The notes under the pieces were generated by a model. It worked only from the letters and a program-made list of their open reading frames with translations, did no database searches and was not told the origin of the DNA. From Candidatus Kapaibacterium sp. (GTDB lineage Bacteria; Bacteroidota; Ignavibacteria; Kapaibacteriales; Kapaibacteriaceae): a stretch of DNA of 61,468 nucleotides. Shown in pieces: positions 46,632 through 56,278 of this stretch; within the stretch, counting starts at the first letter, position 1, and every line of letters starts with the position of its first letter. Location: the NCBI GenBank assembly GCA_026390655.1, contig JAPLFN010000123.1:1-61468 (forward strand), in the 5' to 3' direction. The position numbers were made by a program, and so were the translations under genes.

Positions 46632-47399
46632 ATGGCCAAGGAACACACCGTCAAAATCGAGGCGCACGACTTCAACTTCCACTATGGGGCGAAGCAGGCG
46701 CTGTTCAATATCAACCTCAGTATTCCTGAACGGCGTGTTACCGCGTTCATCGGACCATCTGGATGCGGGAAGTCTACCTTTCTTCGTTCTATCAATCGTA
46801 TGAACGACCTTATCGATGGCACACGCGTTGAAGGTCACATGGTGGTTGACGGAACTGATGTCTACGACAAGGATGTGGACGTCGTAACCCTGCGCCGTCG
46901 TATCGGCATGGTGTTCCAAAAGTCGATCCCGTTTCCGAAGTCGATCTTCGAGAACATCACCTACGGCCTAACGCTTAACAAAAAGGTCTCAAAGTCGGAC
47001 CTCGAAGAAGTAGTGGAAACAAGCCTTCGGAAGTCCGCATTGTGGGAAGAGGTCAAAGATCGTCTTCACAATTCCGCACTCAGTTTGTCAGGGGGCCAAC
47101 AGCAGCGCCTCTGTATTGCGCGCGCGGTGGCGATCAACCCCGAGATCCTTTTAATGGATGAACCGTGCTCTGCACTTGATCCGATCTCAACAGGCAAGGT
47201 AGAGGAACTTATCGCCGAACTCAAAGACACTTACACCATCGTGCTTGTTACGCATAACATGCAACAAGCGGGACGTATTTCTGATCAGACAGGATTCTTT
47301 CTCATGGGTTCACTTATTGAATTTGATCGCACGCGAACAATATTCACAAGCCCAGCTATGAAAGAAACAGAAGATTACATCACCGGACGTTTTGGATAG
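46632..47399 (+). CDS. pstB: phosphate ABC transporter ATP-binding protein
   Basis: Walker [10 protein letters not shown], signature LSGGQQQRL, Walker B LLMDEP. Confidence 0.95.
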   Translation: MAKEHTVKIEAHDFNFHYGAKQALFNINLSIPERRVTAFIGPSGCGKSTFLRSINRMNDLIDGTRVEGHMVVDGTDVYDKDVDVVTLRRRIGMVFQKSIPFPKSIFENITYGLTLNKKVSKSDLEEVVETSLRKSALWEEVKDRLHNSALSLSGGQQQRLCIARAVAINPEILLMDEPCSALDPISTGKVEELIAELKDTYTIVLVTHNMQQAGRISDQTGFFLMGSLIEFDRTRTIFTSPAMKETEDYITGRFG

Positions 47400-47402
47400 A
47401 CC

Positions 47403-48068
47403 ATGAACCGCACCTTTGAAGAAGACCTCGATAAACTCCGCACGCGACTCATTCGCATGGGATCTCTCGTGGAAGAACAAGTGGAGTTTGCTCTCCGCGC
47501 CCTTCGCGAAGGGAATCAGGAGATCGCACGCATCGTTATCGATAGGGACGACAAGGTTGATAAACTCGACCTAAAGATCGACAAACAGTGTCAACGCATC
47601 TTTGCTCTCAACCAACCGGTTGCTTCAGACCTTAGAATGCTTCTCGCTGCTCTTAAGATCAACAACGAGCTTGAGCGCATCGGAGACATGGCAACGAACA
47701 TCGCTTCAATCGTCATTGTTTCGCCCAATGCCGTACAATTGGCAAATCAGATAGACATGAACCGCATCGCAAATGCAGCGTACACGATGCTGAAGTTGAG
47801 TCTCGATGCCTTCATCAACAATGATCCAGCTCTTGCAGCCCACATCCTGCCTTCGGATTCCAGTGTTGATCAACTCTATGACCTACTGCGGAACGAGCTT
47901 GTTGAAATAATGATAGCAGACAGCACTCTTGTTGCTGATGGAGCCCAGCTTCTGCTTGGACTTTACAACCTTGAGCGAATGGCAGACCACGCAACGAACA
48001 TTGCTGAGAACGTCATCTTCCTTGCAGAGGCGAAATTGGTGAGACACCGCTCTGTAAATGAGGACTGA
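47403..48068 (+). CDS. phoU: phosphate signalling complex protein PhoU
   Basis: 221-aa ORF with duplicated PhoU repeats (NELERIGDMATNIA / NLERMADHATNIAE). Confidence 0.93.
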   Translation: MNRTFEEDLDKLRTRLIRMGSLVEEQVEFALRALREGNQEIARIVIDRDDKVDKLDLKIDKQCQRIFALNQPVASDLRMLLAALKINNELERIGDMATNIASIVIVSPNAVQLANQIDMNRIANAAYTMLKLSLDAFINNDPALAAHILPSDSSVDQLYDLLRNELVEIMIADSTLVADGAQLLLGLYNLERMADHATNIAENVIFLAEAKLVRHRSVNED

Positions 48069-48095
48069 AGCCCTGTTATCCCGTATTTTCACCAG

Positions 48096-48965
48096 ATGGA
48101 AACACGCGGTATAATTTTGGCGGGTGGTAGCGGTACACGCCTCTATCCCTTGACGGCTGCTTTTTCAAAGCAACTGCAGCCGGTCTATGACAAGCCGATG
48201 ATCTTCTATCCGCTGTCAACGTTGATGATGGCTGGAATACGTGATGTTCTCATCATCTCCACACCTTCGGACACGCCAATTTTCGAGAAGCTTCTAGGTG
48301 ATGGCTCGCGATATGGGATCTCTATCTCCTATGCTGTGCAGGATGAACCTCGCGGAATAGCGGATGCCTTCCGAGTAGGCAAAGACTTCATAGGGGGCTC
48401 CTCGGTGTGCCTCATTCTTGGCGACAACATCTTCTATGGCAAACTCGACTTCCTCCGCGATGCGATTCGTCTGAACACGGGCGCTACGATCTTCGGGTAT
48501 CAAGTGCATGACCCCGAGCGATACGGCGTGGTAGAGATCAGCACAGATGGTGCTGTGCTCTCTATTGAAGAAAAACCCGACAAGCCCCGTTCTAACCTAG
48601 CGATCCCCGGACTGTATGTATATGACGAGAGCGTCACGGAAATCGCCGCATCTCTAGCACCCGGACCACGTGGAGAGCTTGAGATCACTGACGTTCACCG
48701 TGTCTATCATGAACAGAAGAGACTTAATGTGCAGCAGCTTGGTCGCGGTATTGCGTGGTTAGACACTGGCACTCCGGAGAGCCTTCACGACGCCGGAACG
48801 TTCATTCATGCGATAGAAAAACGTCAAGGGCTTAAGATCGGATGTCTCGAGGAAGTTGCTCTTCACCAGGGATTCCTCTCACCAGAAGAATATCGTTTCA
48901 GTGTGAGTCTTCTGCCTCATTCGAGCTACAAGAACTATTGCGAGTCGCTGCTCGCCAACATATGA
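48096..48965 (+). CDS. rfbA: glucose-1-phosphate thymidylyltransferase
   Basis: GIILAGGSGTRLYPLT N-terminus; RfbA/RmlA-like throughout. Confidence 0.93.
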   Translation: METRGIILAGGSGTRLYPLTAAFSKQLQPVYDKPMIFYPLSTLMMAGIRDVLIISTPSDTPIFEKLLGDGSRYGISISYAVQDEPRGIADAFRVGKDFIGGSSVCLILGDNIFYGKLDFLRDAIRLNTGATIFGYQVHDPERYGVVEISTDGAVLSIEEKPDKPRSNLAIPGLYVYDESVTEIAASLAPGPRGELEITDVHRVYHEQKRLNVQQLGRGIAWLDTGTPESLHDAGTFIHAIEKRQGLKIGCLEEVALHQGFLSPEEYRFSVSLLPHSSYKNYCESLLANI

Positions 48966-50290
48966 CAGCAACTAGACAGATCCGAAAGCTTACCGACGGT
49001 TTGCAGTCGAGTTTCAACGAGTTCTTTGGACGCTCTACATCGACGGGGATAACGATCCTCGTTTTTACTGCTATCGCGATAGTGTGGATCAACTCTCCAT
49101 TTCATGCCTTGTATGAGGCAATGCTTCATCAGCCGATCGAAGTTGTTTTTGCGAGACTGCACCTTGCTTTCACGTTTGAGCATTTCGTGAATGATGGTTT
49201 GATGGTGATTTTTTTCCTCGTGGTAGGACTCGAGATCAAGCGTGAAATGCTGGTGGGCGAACTGTCCTCTAGACAGAAGGCACTGTTGCCGATGATCGCC
49301 GCGGTGATGGGTATGATCGGTCCGGCTGCGATCTACCTGATCTATAACGCCGGAACAGACGCTGCCCGTGGATGGGGAGTGCCTGTTGCTACGGACATTG
49401 CTTTTGCACTTGGCATCCTTGCACTGTTAGGCAGCCGCGTTCCACTTGGTCTCAAGGTCTTCCTTGCCGCACTTGCGATCGTAGATGATTTGCTTGCGGT
49501 ACTTGTAATCGCAGTCTTCTATACTGCCGGGCTCAATGCGGAGATGTTGCTTCTTGCCGGCGTAATCACTGCGATCCTATTTCTTGGAAATCGCCTTCGT
49601 ATCAACTCGATCACGTTCTATGTGATCTTCGGATTTGCCTTGTGGATAGCAGTGCTGTTTAGCGGTATTCACGCCACCATCGCAGGAGTTGTCCTTGCAA
49701 TGTGCATACCTGCAGATGCAAGAATTGATCGTGTTTCGTTCTTTACAAAGAGCAGAGATCTGTTGGACCGCATCACGCGCAGGACTGAAACGGATGAGGA
49801 CGAAGGTACCCAAGTTGATGCCATTCATGCTCTCGAGAGCATGTGCGAACACGTTCAGTCCCCTTTGCACCGCATTGAACATGGCCTTGGCCGAATAGTC
49901 TCTTTTGGCATCATGCCTTTGTTTGCCTTAGTCAACGCCGGCGTCGTGATCGATTTCTCTCTTGTGTCATCGCTGGTGAGCCCCGTTTCACTGGGCATTG
50001 CCCTAGGACTCTTCATCGGCAAGCAACTCGGCATTACAACGGCAGTATGGGCCTCAGTGAAGCTCGGGATTGCCCGACTTCCGAATGGCGTTTCGATGAA
50101 ACAGATGTATGGCGTTTCGTTACTCTGTGGAGTTGGTTTTACGATGGCACTCTTTGTAGCACACCTAGCTTTCCTAGAGCCACACCACCTGGACATCGCG
50201 AAACTCAGCATCATCGCCGGCTCTACTATCAGCGCCATCATTGGTTCATTGGTTCTTCGATCGGTTTTACCTAAACCAAGACACACATGA
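48962..50290 (+). CDS. nhaA: Na+/H+ antiporter NhaA
   Basis: ORF 48842.. trimmed to ATG 48962 (ATGA overlap with the rfbA stop). Contains FFLVVGLEIKRE, ATDIAFALG and LAIVDDL. Confidence 0.9.
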   Translation: MTATRQIRKLTDGLQSSFNEFFGRSTSTGITILVFTAIAIVWINSPFHALYEAMLHQPIEVVFARLHLAFTFEHFVNDGLMVIFFLVVGLEIKREMLVGELSSRQKALLPMIAAVMGMIGPAAIYLIYNAGTDAARGWGVPVATDIAFALGILALLGSRVPLGLKVFLAALAIVDDLLAVLVIAVFYTAGLNAEMLLLAGVITAILFLGNRLRINSITFYVIFGFALWIAVLFSGIHATIAGVVLAMCIPADARIDRVSFFTKSRDLLDRITRRTETDEDEGTQVDAIHALESMCEHVQSPLHRIEHGLGRIVSFGIMPLFALVNAGVVIDFSLVSSLVSPVSLGIALGLFIGKQLGITTAVWASVKLGIARLPNGVSMKQMYGVSLLCGVGFTMALFVAHLAFLEPHHLDIAKLSIIAGSTISAIIGSLVLRSVLPKPRHT

Positions 50291-50601
50291 TCACCTATCA
50301 GGTTGAAGTAACGGTACCAACAGAACTCGTTGATGCATGGGTTGAATACATGACGACGCAACACATCGCAGACGTTGCGAATACCGGACTCTTTCTCACA
50401 GCACATCTCATTACCGTTGTGGATCCCATCACTCTTGATGCTACCGTATTTCGAGTGCGTTATGCATGTAGATCCATCGAAGATCTCGAACAGTATCGTC
50501 GAGAGTACGCCTCGGTGTTGCAGGCGCATCACACCGAGAGATTCGGTGACGCTATTACTGCTGTGCGTTCTGTCACAGAAGATCTATGGCACCTATCATA
50601 G
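50287..50601 (+). CDS. DUF4286 family protein
   Basis: 104-aa ORF with an ATGA overlap with nhaA. MITYQVEVTVPTELVDAWVEYMTTQHIADV resembles the DUF4286 N-terminus. Confidence 0.6.
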   Translation: MITYQVEVTVPTELVDAWVEYMTTQHIADVANTGLFLTAHLITVVDPITLDATVFRVRYACRSIEDLEQYRREYASVLQAHHTERFGDAITAVRSVTEDLWHLS

Positions 50602-50614
50602 GTCTGCAGTTCCT

Positions 50615-51271
50615 ATGAAGCTCTTTCGCCCCTTTACCACAACAGCTGGACGTAAGAACATAGAGGCCGTAACTGGTGCACTCTTGTTGCTCTTTTGCGT
50701 TGAGCACCTCGCAGCGAACCTTTTTTTACTGTTGAATGATCCTGCCCCATATCGCTGGTACACGGAGAGTATGGGAAGGTCTGTTTTCGTACGGGTTTTG
50801 GAGGTTGGCCTTTTCGGACTTTTCATCTTGCACATCGGTCTTGGTTGGGCGATGCGCAAACGTCAACGTGAGATTCGCAAGATGAACCCACGGATACCGA
50901 AGGCTCGAGACTTTGCCACGCGAACGGTGGGGTTGACTGGAGTTGTGATCCTCATATTCCTGGTGGTTCACCTCGTTCGATTCTTCCTACCGAACAAGGT
51001 TGTGCGTCCGGAAGCATTCGACCTTTACAACGAAGCGCATCAAGCATTTTCGAGCGTCTGGTATACACTGCTCTACGTCTTCGCCATGGCTGCGCTAGCA
51101 TTTCATTTGCGTCACGGCATAGCGAGCGCGATCGTGTCTTTTAAACGCGTTCCGCCAACGCTGATTCCACGCCTACGTGTGGTAGGGGGCTGGCTAGCGA
51201 TCATCGTGCCCGCGGGGTTGGCCTACATCGCAGTGCACATCTACCTCGTGACGTTAGGATCCAAGCTCTAG
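50615..51271 (+). CDS. succinate dehydrogenase/fumarate reductase cytochrome b558-like membrane protein (orphan)
   Basis: ORF 50375.. trimmed to ATG 50615 (MKLFRPFTTTAGRKNIEAVTGALLLLFCVEHLAANL). Five TM segments with conserved His positions (EHL, LHIG, VHL, FHLRHG). No sdhA/sdhB follow. Confidence 0.6.
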   Translation: MKLFRPFTTTAGRKNIEAVTGALLLLFCVEHLAANLFLLLNDPAPYRWYTESMGRSVFVRVLEVGLFGLFILHIGLGWAMRKRQREIRKMNPRIPKARDFATRTVGLTGVVILIFLVVHLVRFFLPNKVVRPEAFDLYNEAHQAFSSVWYTLLYVFAMAALAFHLRHGIASAIVSFKRVPPTLIPRLRVVGGWLAIIVPAGLAYIAVHIYLVTLGSKL

Positions 51272-51610
51272 ACGTTGTTGGGCCGTAAGCCCCTTTACAA
51301 CGAGTGCGTACGAAGTGTCGATACACTCTCTGATCAATGCATCCGGCACAGTGCCCGTGCATATAATCGTTGTCCAGTGTCGAGGGTTGAGATACGGCCC
51401 CGTGGTAATATCCTCATACTGTTCTCGTAGTGCCAAGAGTGTATCCGGATAGCCCTTTACGGCTATCTGACAGCCAATCTCCTGAAGAGGAATGAAGACA
51501 AAGATCTTTGCCTTCACCTTCATCGTAAGAGTATTGGGTCCAAATGGTAGGTCTTCATAGACGCCTATTTTCGAGAGACAATAGTCTCGTATTTCGTCGA
51601 GAAACATCAT
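51254..51610 (-). CDS. MmcQ/YjbR family DNA-binding protein
   Basis: 118-aa ORF. IRDYCLSKIGVYEDLPFGPNTLTMKVKAKIFVF...PYLNPRHWTTI is YjbR-like. Confidence 0.7.
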   Translation of the reverse strand: MMFLDEIRDYCLSKIGVYEDLPFGPNTLTMKVKAKIFVFIPLQEIGCQIAVKGYPDTLLALREQYEDITTGPYLNPRHWTTIICTGTVPDALIRECIDTSYALVVKGLTAQQRLELGS

Positions 51611-51678
51611 GAGGTGAAGTTACGATAGATGCTTAGTCTCCACTTCCTTTAGTAGATTTAATTAGGAATTGATCATTA

Positions 51679-51687
51679 GGGGGGGGG
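51679..51687. repeat. G9 homopolymer tract
   Basis: Nine consecutive G (ttaGGGGGGGGGtat), 70 nt upstream of the ATG at 51757, in an AT-rich intergenic region. Confidence 0.95.
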
Positions 51688-51756
51688 TATTATTACGTAC
51701 GCACAGTCACCGCCTGTGATTGCGATGTAATTTTCTCACGGTTTATTGAGGTCACT

Positions 51757-52173
51757 ATGATGAACTGGAAGAGTATTCGGACCCTGTTGATGCTTGTATC
51801 ACTCGTTTTCTCCACTCCAAATTTACTTGCTCAGGGCAACAACGGCTGTGCTTGTCCTGATGGCGCTCAGAATGGGGCGTGGGCGTTAAACGTATGCTAT
51901 GGAGGGATCAAGGTCAATTTGGCTGTCACCTATTGTACCAAAGCTTTTGCGGCGCCAACATTGATGTACTGTGGACCAAACCTAACAAATCAATACACGT
52001 ACATCGAAAAGATTTGCCAAGGAACAGATCCAATTCCGGTGGGAGATCCTACGGCACTCATGAAAGCAGTGCTTTGTGCATTAAGCCCAACTGGGGGAGA
52101 TGCATTAGGAATTAAGGCTTTGATACCTGCTGCGCCAGGAGTATACTGTTGGACTATCGCAAGGCCGCGATGA
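51757..52173 (+). CDS. Cys-rich secreted hypothetical protein (ORF as delimited by the first TGA)
   Basis: 138-aa ORF with signal peptide MMNWKSIRTLLMLVSLVFSTPNLLAQG and 8 Cys in the mature part. The stop is TGA-C at 52171. Confidence 0.65.
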   Translation: MMNWKSIRTLLMLVSLVFSTPNLLAQGNNGCACPDGAQNGAWALNVCYGGIKVNLAVTYCTKAFAAPTLMYCGPNLTNQYTYIEKICQGTDPIPVGDPTALMKAVLCALSPTGGDALGIKALIPAAPGVYCWTIARPR

Positions 52174-52380
52174 CTTCGTCTTTTTCCCCTAATTGGCTGC
52201 TATATCTCTTGCAATGTTAATGACTGTTGCGTCGAGCAATTCCAGTTCTCTAAGGATCCCACCACCGGACAGATTAGCACGACATTAATTCGCCGTTGTA
52301 CAAACGGTGCTGAATGCCAGGTGCCCTTGTGCTCGCCTACATGCGGCTGGGATCCTACAGAGTGCACTGTTTGCCCATGA
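52174..52380 (+). other. in-frame, start-less, Cys-rich open extension of the 51757 ORF beyond its TGA
   Basis: My own translation in the same frame gives LRLFPLIGCYISCNVNDCCVEQFQFSKDPTTGQISTTLIRRCTNGAECQVPLCSPTCGWDPTECTVCP*. That is 68 codons with 10 Cys. There is no ATG, and the only in-frame GTG/TTG codons lie ~19 and 17 codons before the end. A terminator follows. Confidence 0.5.
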
Positions 52381-52399
52381 TTTTTAAGACTCTTCAAAC

Positions 52400-52436
52400 A
52401 AGTCCGTCCACTCTAATGGGCGGACTTGGTATTTTT
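52400..52436 (+). terminator. intrinsic terminator
   Basis: AAGTCCGTCCA-ctctaa-TGGGCGGACTT (11-bp stem with one G:U) followed by GGTATTTTT. It lies 20 nt after the second TGA (52380). Confidence 0.8.
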
Positions 52437-52457
52437 CAAACAAATCATGGAGAATCT

Positions 52458-55001
52458 ATGACACTTGTGCTTAGGGTTCTAGTTGTTATGATTTCATTCG
52501 CTAGTGCGATCGAGGTACATTCTCAGCCTTGGCAACGCGACCCTATGTTGACGCTGTCTGCTGGTCCTGTTGGAACCGCAAACAATGCTACATTCTCCTC
52601 ACTACTGGTTGACACATGTACTAAGCAAGTCTACGCTTTCACAGGTAACAGAGTGCTCGTGTCCGCCAGTGATGGACGTACATGGTTCCCGGTCGAGATG
52701 CCTGATCATGGAAAGAATTATTACAAGACCCTTCAATTCTCCGCCTCCGCGTGTAATATTGTCGCCTATTGGGATGACAAAGTAGGTGCGGATGTTTTTC
52801 GCGTCGTGCTCCTTGATCAAACGGGTTGGAGAGAGATTAGACCCGATTCTTTCAATGAGTGGGGGCAAGGCGTCTTCTACGTTGTATCGAGACGTCAGGT
52901 AATTGTGGTTGATAGTCGCCTAAGCGGCAGTTCAGATAGCATTCTCGTATCGACAAACCTTGGTAAGGAATGGACTAAATACTACGTTGGGACTAGGCGG
53001 GGGATGAGTGAATACCACATTTATGATGTCAATGAGAGTGAGATCGGTTTCATCGCAAGTGATTCAAGCGTCTACGAGATCAACGTTGTCTCAGGTGCCG
53101 TGATTCCACTGAACACGCCAGCGAGGACACGAGCCCATATCCGAATTGGTGACAAGGGTATTGTTGCTTCAGTACGACTCAGCAGTGAGGTCTGGGGAAT
53201 TGAAATTAGCAATGATGACAGCAAGACCTGGCAACTTCTTGATACACTACGATTTGTGAACTCTGATACCGTGCTTGAATCTATTACAAGGCGAGATCAG
53301 TTTGCAATTGCATGGTGGCTTACCACAAAACGTGGTCACCTACTTGTGGGTTTTAAAACTGGTGCGATTGTATCTACGGACGCTGACCTCTCTACGTGGC
53401 AGTATCACGGAAGCACTACTGGTGGCGTGGACCTTCGAAGAATAGTTCGAATGAAAAACGGCGAAATAGTATTGATAACTGAACGCGGAAGGGCAACCAT
53501 AGATACCAACCTGAGCCTTTCTATGACCTTGACTGATGTACCCAAGTTCTTTGATGTTGTTACGACCCAAGCAAGTCAATTTGTTGGAATAACCAGTAAC
53601 TCGCTCTACTTCTCAAGTGACTCTGGCAGAACCTGGGTACTTTCCGCACCGGTTCAAGAGCTGCTCGACGTTAGTAAAGATCCGGTTGTCGGATACCACT
53701 GGCCATCTATCGAGCGTATTGCCAAGGTATCGAATGACACTGTAATGGTCATGTCTCGAGACCATGGCTCCGTCTTTTCCCGCATTGGGAATGCTCAGTG
53801 GAGTTACTCCTCAGTTGTCTATGGGATCGAATCTGTTTGGCCACTTCTGCAATTCGCTGATCTTGTCAACGACAGAGGCCGCCTTGTCTATTGGGATGTG
53901 ACCAGTTTTGCTACAAGGAGCTCGGATGCAATTCGAGTCTACGATCGATACGGCGGAATCCGTGAAATCTACCGTCCAACGGATTACAACAACGAGATTT
54001 CATCATGTGTACTACTCACGGATAGTACGTACTTCGTAGTCGACAAAACTATCCAGCGCTCAACGGACGCCGGACGCTCATGGATTGCATGCGGTGCCGG
54101 GTGGCCACAAACGACTGAAGGAACAAATGCGCCATTTCTATCGGCCATTCGACTACGCACTGGAAAGTTGGTCTTTACTCTAGCCGGCCGCAGAGAAATT
54201 GTTGACGGAGATTCTGTTGTAACGTATCCAGGTGGCATTCTGATTAGCAGTGACAATGGAAAGAGTGTTGAACACATAACAACGGCGTCGCTCGGCTCCA
54301 TGTTTGTTCACTCCGCGTATGAGATTGACGATGATCACATCTTACTGTCTATGTCAAACATTGCCCGTCAGTCTGGTGCCACGTCTTGGGATCAGACAAA
54401 CGCGTACGTGGCCTGTGTCAAACTGAGTGACCGTTCAATTACATATTCCTTTGTTGAAAGTCGCACCGCACCATTCACGCAAAGCACGATGCCAATAAAG
54501 AGAGTAGCGTCAGGCGATATCCTTGTCGGCACAACGCAGTCTGGAATACTTCGGTCTCGAGATAATGGCCAGACCTGGATGGCGGATCCAGAAGAGACTC
54601 TTGTAGACGTACCAATACTCGACATTGCGGAAGACTCCAAGGGCGTTCTCTATGTTGCCACAGACAGGGGGCTTTATACGAAAGGCATTGTATCACACGT
54701 TAGTGACGGCGAACTGGGTTCTGCCTACGCTTCGGTCTGGTGTTACCCAACACCTACGCAAGACGTCGTAACTGTCAGGCTCAACAATCTCAATCTCGTT
54801 GAGTCCACAAACCTACGACTCGAAGTAATTGACATTTCCGGTCAGCATATTCTAGACCTTACAGACTGGGCAAGAACTGCCAGAAGCACCAATAGAACGG
54901 AATTTCCGCTGGTTGTGCAGAACCTATCCCGCGGACTCTACTATTTCGTTCTCTCTCACTCAAAAGCGCGTGAATCTTTTCCGATGATGATCGTACACTA
55001 G
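52458..55001 (+). CDS. BNR/Asp-box repeat (sortilin/Ycf48-like beta-propeller) protein with T9SS C-terminal sorting domain
   Basis: ORF 52314.. trimmed to ATG 52458 ([23 protein letters not shown]). SxDxGxTW-type boxes: [55 protein letters not shown]9SS-like C-terminal domain (…[23 protein letters not shown]). Confidence 0.85.
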   Translation: MTLVLRVLVVMISFASAIEVHSQPWQRDPMLTLSAGPVGTANNATFSSLLVDTCTKQVYAFTGNRVLVSASDGRTWFPVEMPDHGKNYYKTLQFSASACNIVAYWDDKVGADVFRVVLLDQTGWREIRPDSFNEWGQGVFYVVSRRQVIVVDSRLSGSSDSILVSTNLGKEWTKYYVGTRRGMSEYHIYDVNESEIGFIASDSSVYEINVVSGAVIPLNTPARTRAHIRIGDKGIVASVRLSSEVWGIEISNDDSKTWQLLDTLRFVNSDTVLESITRRDQFAIAWWLTTKRGHLLVGFKTGAIVSTDADLSTWQYHGSTTGGVDLRRIVRMKNGEIVLITERGRATIDTNLSLSMTLTDVPKFFDVVTTQASQFVGITSNSLYFSSDSGRTWVLSAPVQELLDVSKDPVVGYHWPSIERIAKVSNDTVMVMSRDHGSVFSRIGNAQWSYSSVVYGIESVWPLLQFADLVNDRGRLVYWDVTSFATRSSDAIRVYDRYGGIREIYRPTDYNNEISSCVLLTDSTYFVVDKTIQRSTDAGRSWIACGAGWPQTTEGTNAPFLSAIRLRTGKLVFTLAGRREIVDGDSVVTYPGGILISSDNGKSVEHITTASLGSMFVHSAYEIDDDHILLSMSNIARQSGATSWDQTNAYVACVKLSDRSITYSFVESRTAPFTQSTMPIKRVASGDILVGTTQSGILRSRDNGQTWMADPEETLVDVPILDIAEDSKGVLYVATDRGLYTKGIVSHVSDGELGSAYASVWCYPTPTQDVVTVRLNNLNLVESTNLRLEVIDISGQHILDLTDWARTARSTNRTEFPLVVQNLSRGLYYFVLSHSKARESFPMMIVH

Positions 55002-55351
55002 ATGCTGAATCGGTACTCTTCAACTGGCGTACCGCCGATGAGATGTTCCTGAATGATGCGCTCAAGAACCTTGGGCGTGCAAGAGTGATACCATACGTTG
55101 TCAGGGTGCACTACGGCTATAGGACCCATCACACAAATGCGTAGGCAATTGGCCTTGGTGCGATACACGCCATTTTCACCATCAAGATCAAGCTCTTTTA
55201 GTCTCGACTTAAGAAAGTCCCAGGCCTCCTGCCCCTTTTCAGAGCTGCAGCACTTTGGTTTTGCTGGATCAGCACATAAGAAAATATGTCGAGCATGCGT
55301 GCCTATTCTAAGGTCATGAGCCTTCTCATTGAGCTTGTCAAGGGGCTTCAT
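54998..55351 (-). CDS. thioredoxin-like [2Fe-2S] ferredoxin domain protein
   Basis: 117-aa ORF with [14 protein letters not shown]...[26 protein letters not shown] overlap with the upstream gene. Confidence 0.7.
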   Translation of the reverse strand: MKPLDKLNEKAHDLRIGTHARHIFLCADPAKPKCCSSEKGQEAWDFLKSRLKELDLDGENGVYRTKANCLRICVMGPIAVVHPDNVWYHSCTPKVLERIIQEHLIGGTPVEEYRFSI

Positions 55352-55917
55352 TTTGTTTTGGGTGCAGTACCCGCTGCAGAAGCTACCACAAGTCCGGCAG
55401 CGAATGTTTCAAGAGTGGTCTTGACTTCAGCAAACAGATCTCGGTGGCAAATGCCAAGTGCCATACATACGCCCTTAGTGCCAGAGTACACGTAGCCAAA
55501 GTAGCGGATGGGCGCCTGTGGTGTTGGCATATCGATGGTGATCTCAACCATCGGAACGCCATTCACTTTCACATTGCGTCTCTCGACGATCTTTGTTTCG
55601 GGTGCATCTTCCTTCATTCCACCAATGAAGCTTTCGATGAACTCATCCATCGGGACGAATTCTTTGAATGAAAGCAACATACCACGCATGTTTCCATCAA
55701 CATGTTCGAACTGGAAATCAATCGATGGGTTGGGAAGTGAATCTTGAAGAGGCTTCCATTGTGCAGTGTCGCCATAAAACTTTGCGTTTTTGAGCGTGTA
55801 CACGGTCGTTGAAGTTTTCGACTTACTCATGGCGTTGTCGCCCGCCGGCGCAGACGTCAACATCGAGCTGATCGATGTAGAGCAGATCATCAAAACAAGG
55901 CAAAGGAGACGGGTCAT
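55348..55917 (-). CDS. secreted hypothetical protein
   Basis: 189-aa ORF with an N-terminal signal-like segment [18 protein letters not shown]. No motif recognised. Confidence 0.6.
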   Translation of the reverse strand: MTRLLCLVLMICSTSISSMLTSAPAGDNAMSKSKTSTTVYTLKNAKFYGDTAQWKPLQDSLPNPSIDFQFEHVDGNMRGMLLSFKEFVPMDEFIESFIGGMKEDAPETKIVERRNVKVNGVPMVEITIDMPTPQAPIRYFGYVYSGTKGVCMALGICHRDLFAEVKTTLETFAAGLVVASAAGTAPKTK

Positions 55918-55924
55918 AGCTGAT

Positions 55925-56278
55925 TTAGGAAGATGAACGTGAACGAAGAAGAGTGCGTAGTAACAGCGTAACGTGAAGGAGACAGAGCAGCGCTGTTGTA
56001 CCTACCACTAAAATATCTCCGGAACGCTCAACTTCGGCACCGGTTAATAATCGAACAAATCGAGGGACGGCGGATGCGGTAAAGACCATTGTTATAGCGC
56101 TTATGGAAAGCGCAATACCCATGAATATTCTAGATTCAGCAACCTTTATCAACCGCAGACCTAGAAGTATCAGAGCTACACCAGCTAGAGCCGGAATACC
56201 CGACATCACAGATCTCGTAAGCGCAAAGCCCCCTGCTCCATTGAGCACGAGCAGCATACCAATGATAAGAGTGCTCAA
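55925..56278 (-). CDS. small 4-TM membrane protein (hypothetical)
   Basis: 117-aa ORF with a TTG start that overlaps the upstream stop (alternative ATG at 56257). Four hydrophobic helices. Confidence 0.55.
   Translation of the reverse strand: MSTLIIGMLLVLNGAGGFALTRSVMSGIPALAGVALILLGLRLIKVAESRIFMGIALSISAITMVFTASAVPRFVRLLTGAEVERSGDILVVGTTALLCLLHVTLLLRTLLRSRSSS

Noticed and set aside
52171-52173. Selenocysteine as the explanation for the in-frame TGA
   Set aside because: Not adopted as the main call. I could not fold a convincing SECIS-like stem-loop in the ~40 nt downstream, and no selA/selB/selD genes are in the window. It is kept only as a testable alternative.
52200-52397. 65-aa minus-strand ORF between the Cys-rich gene and the BNR gene
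   Set aside because: It has no recognisable features. It lies antisense to a 68-codon Cys-rich frame that continues the upstream gene and is followed by a plus-strand terminator, so the plus-strand reading is more plausible.
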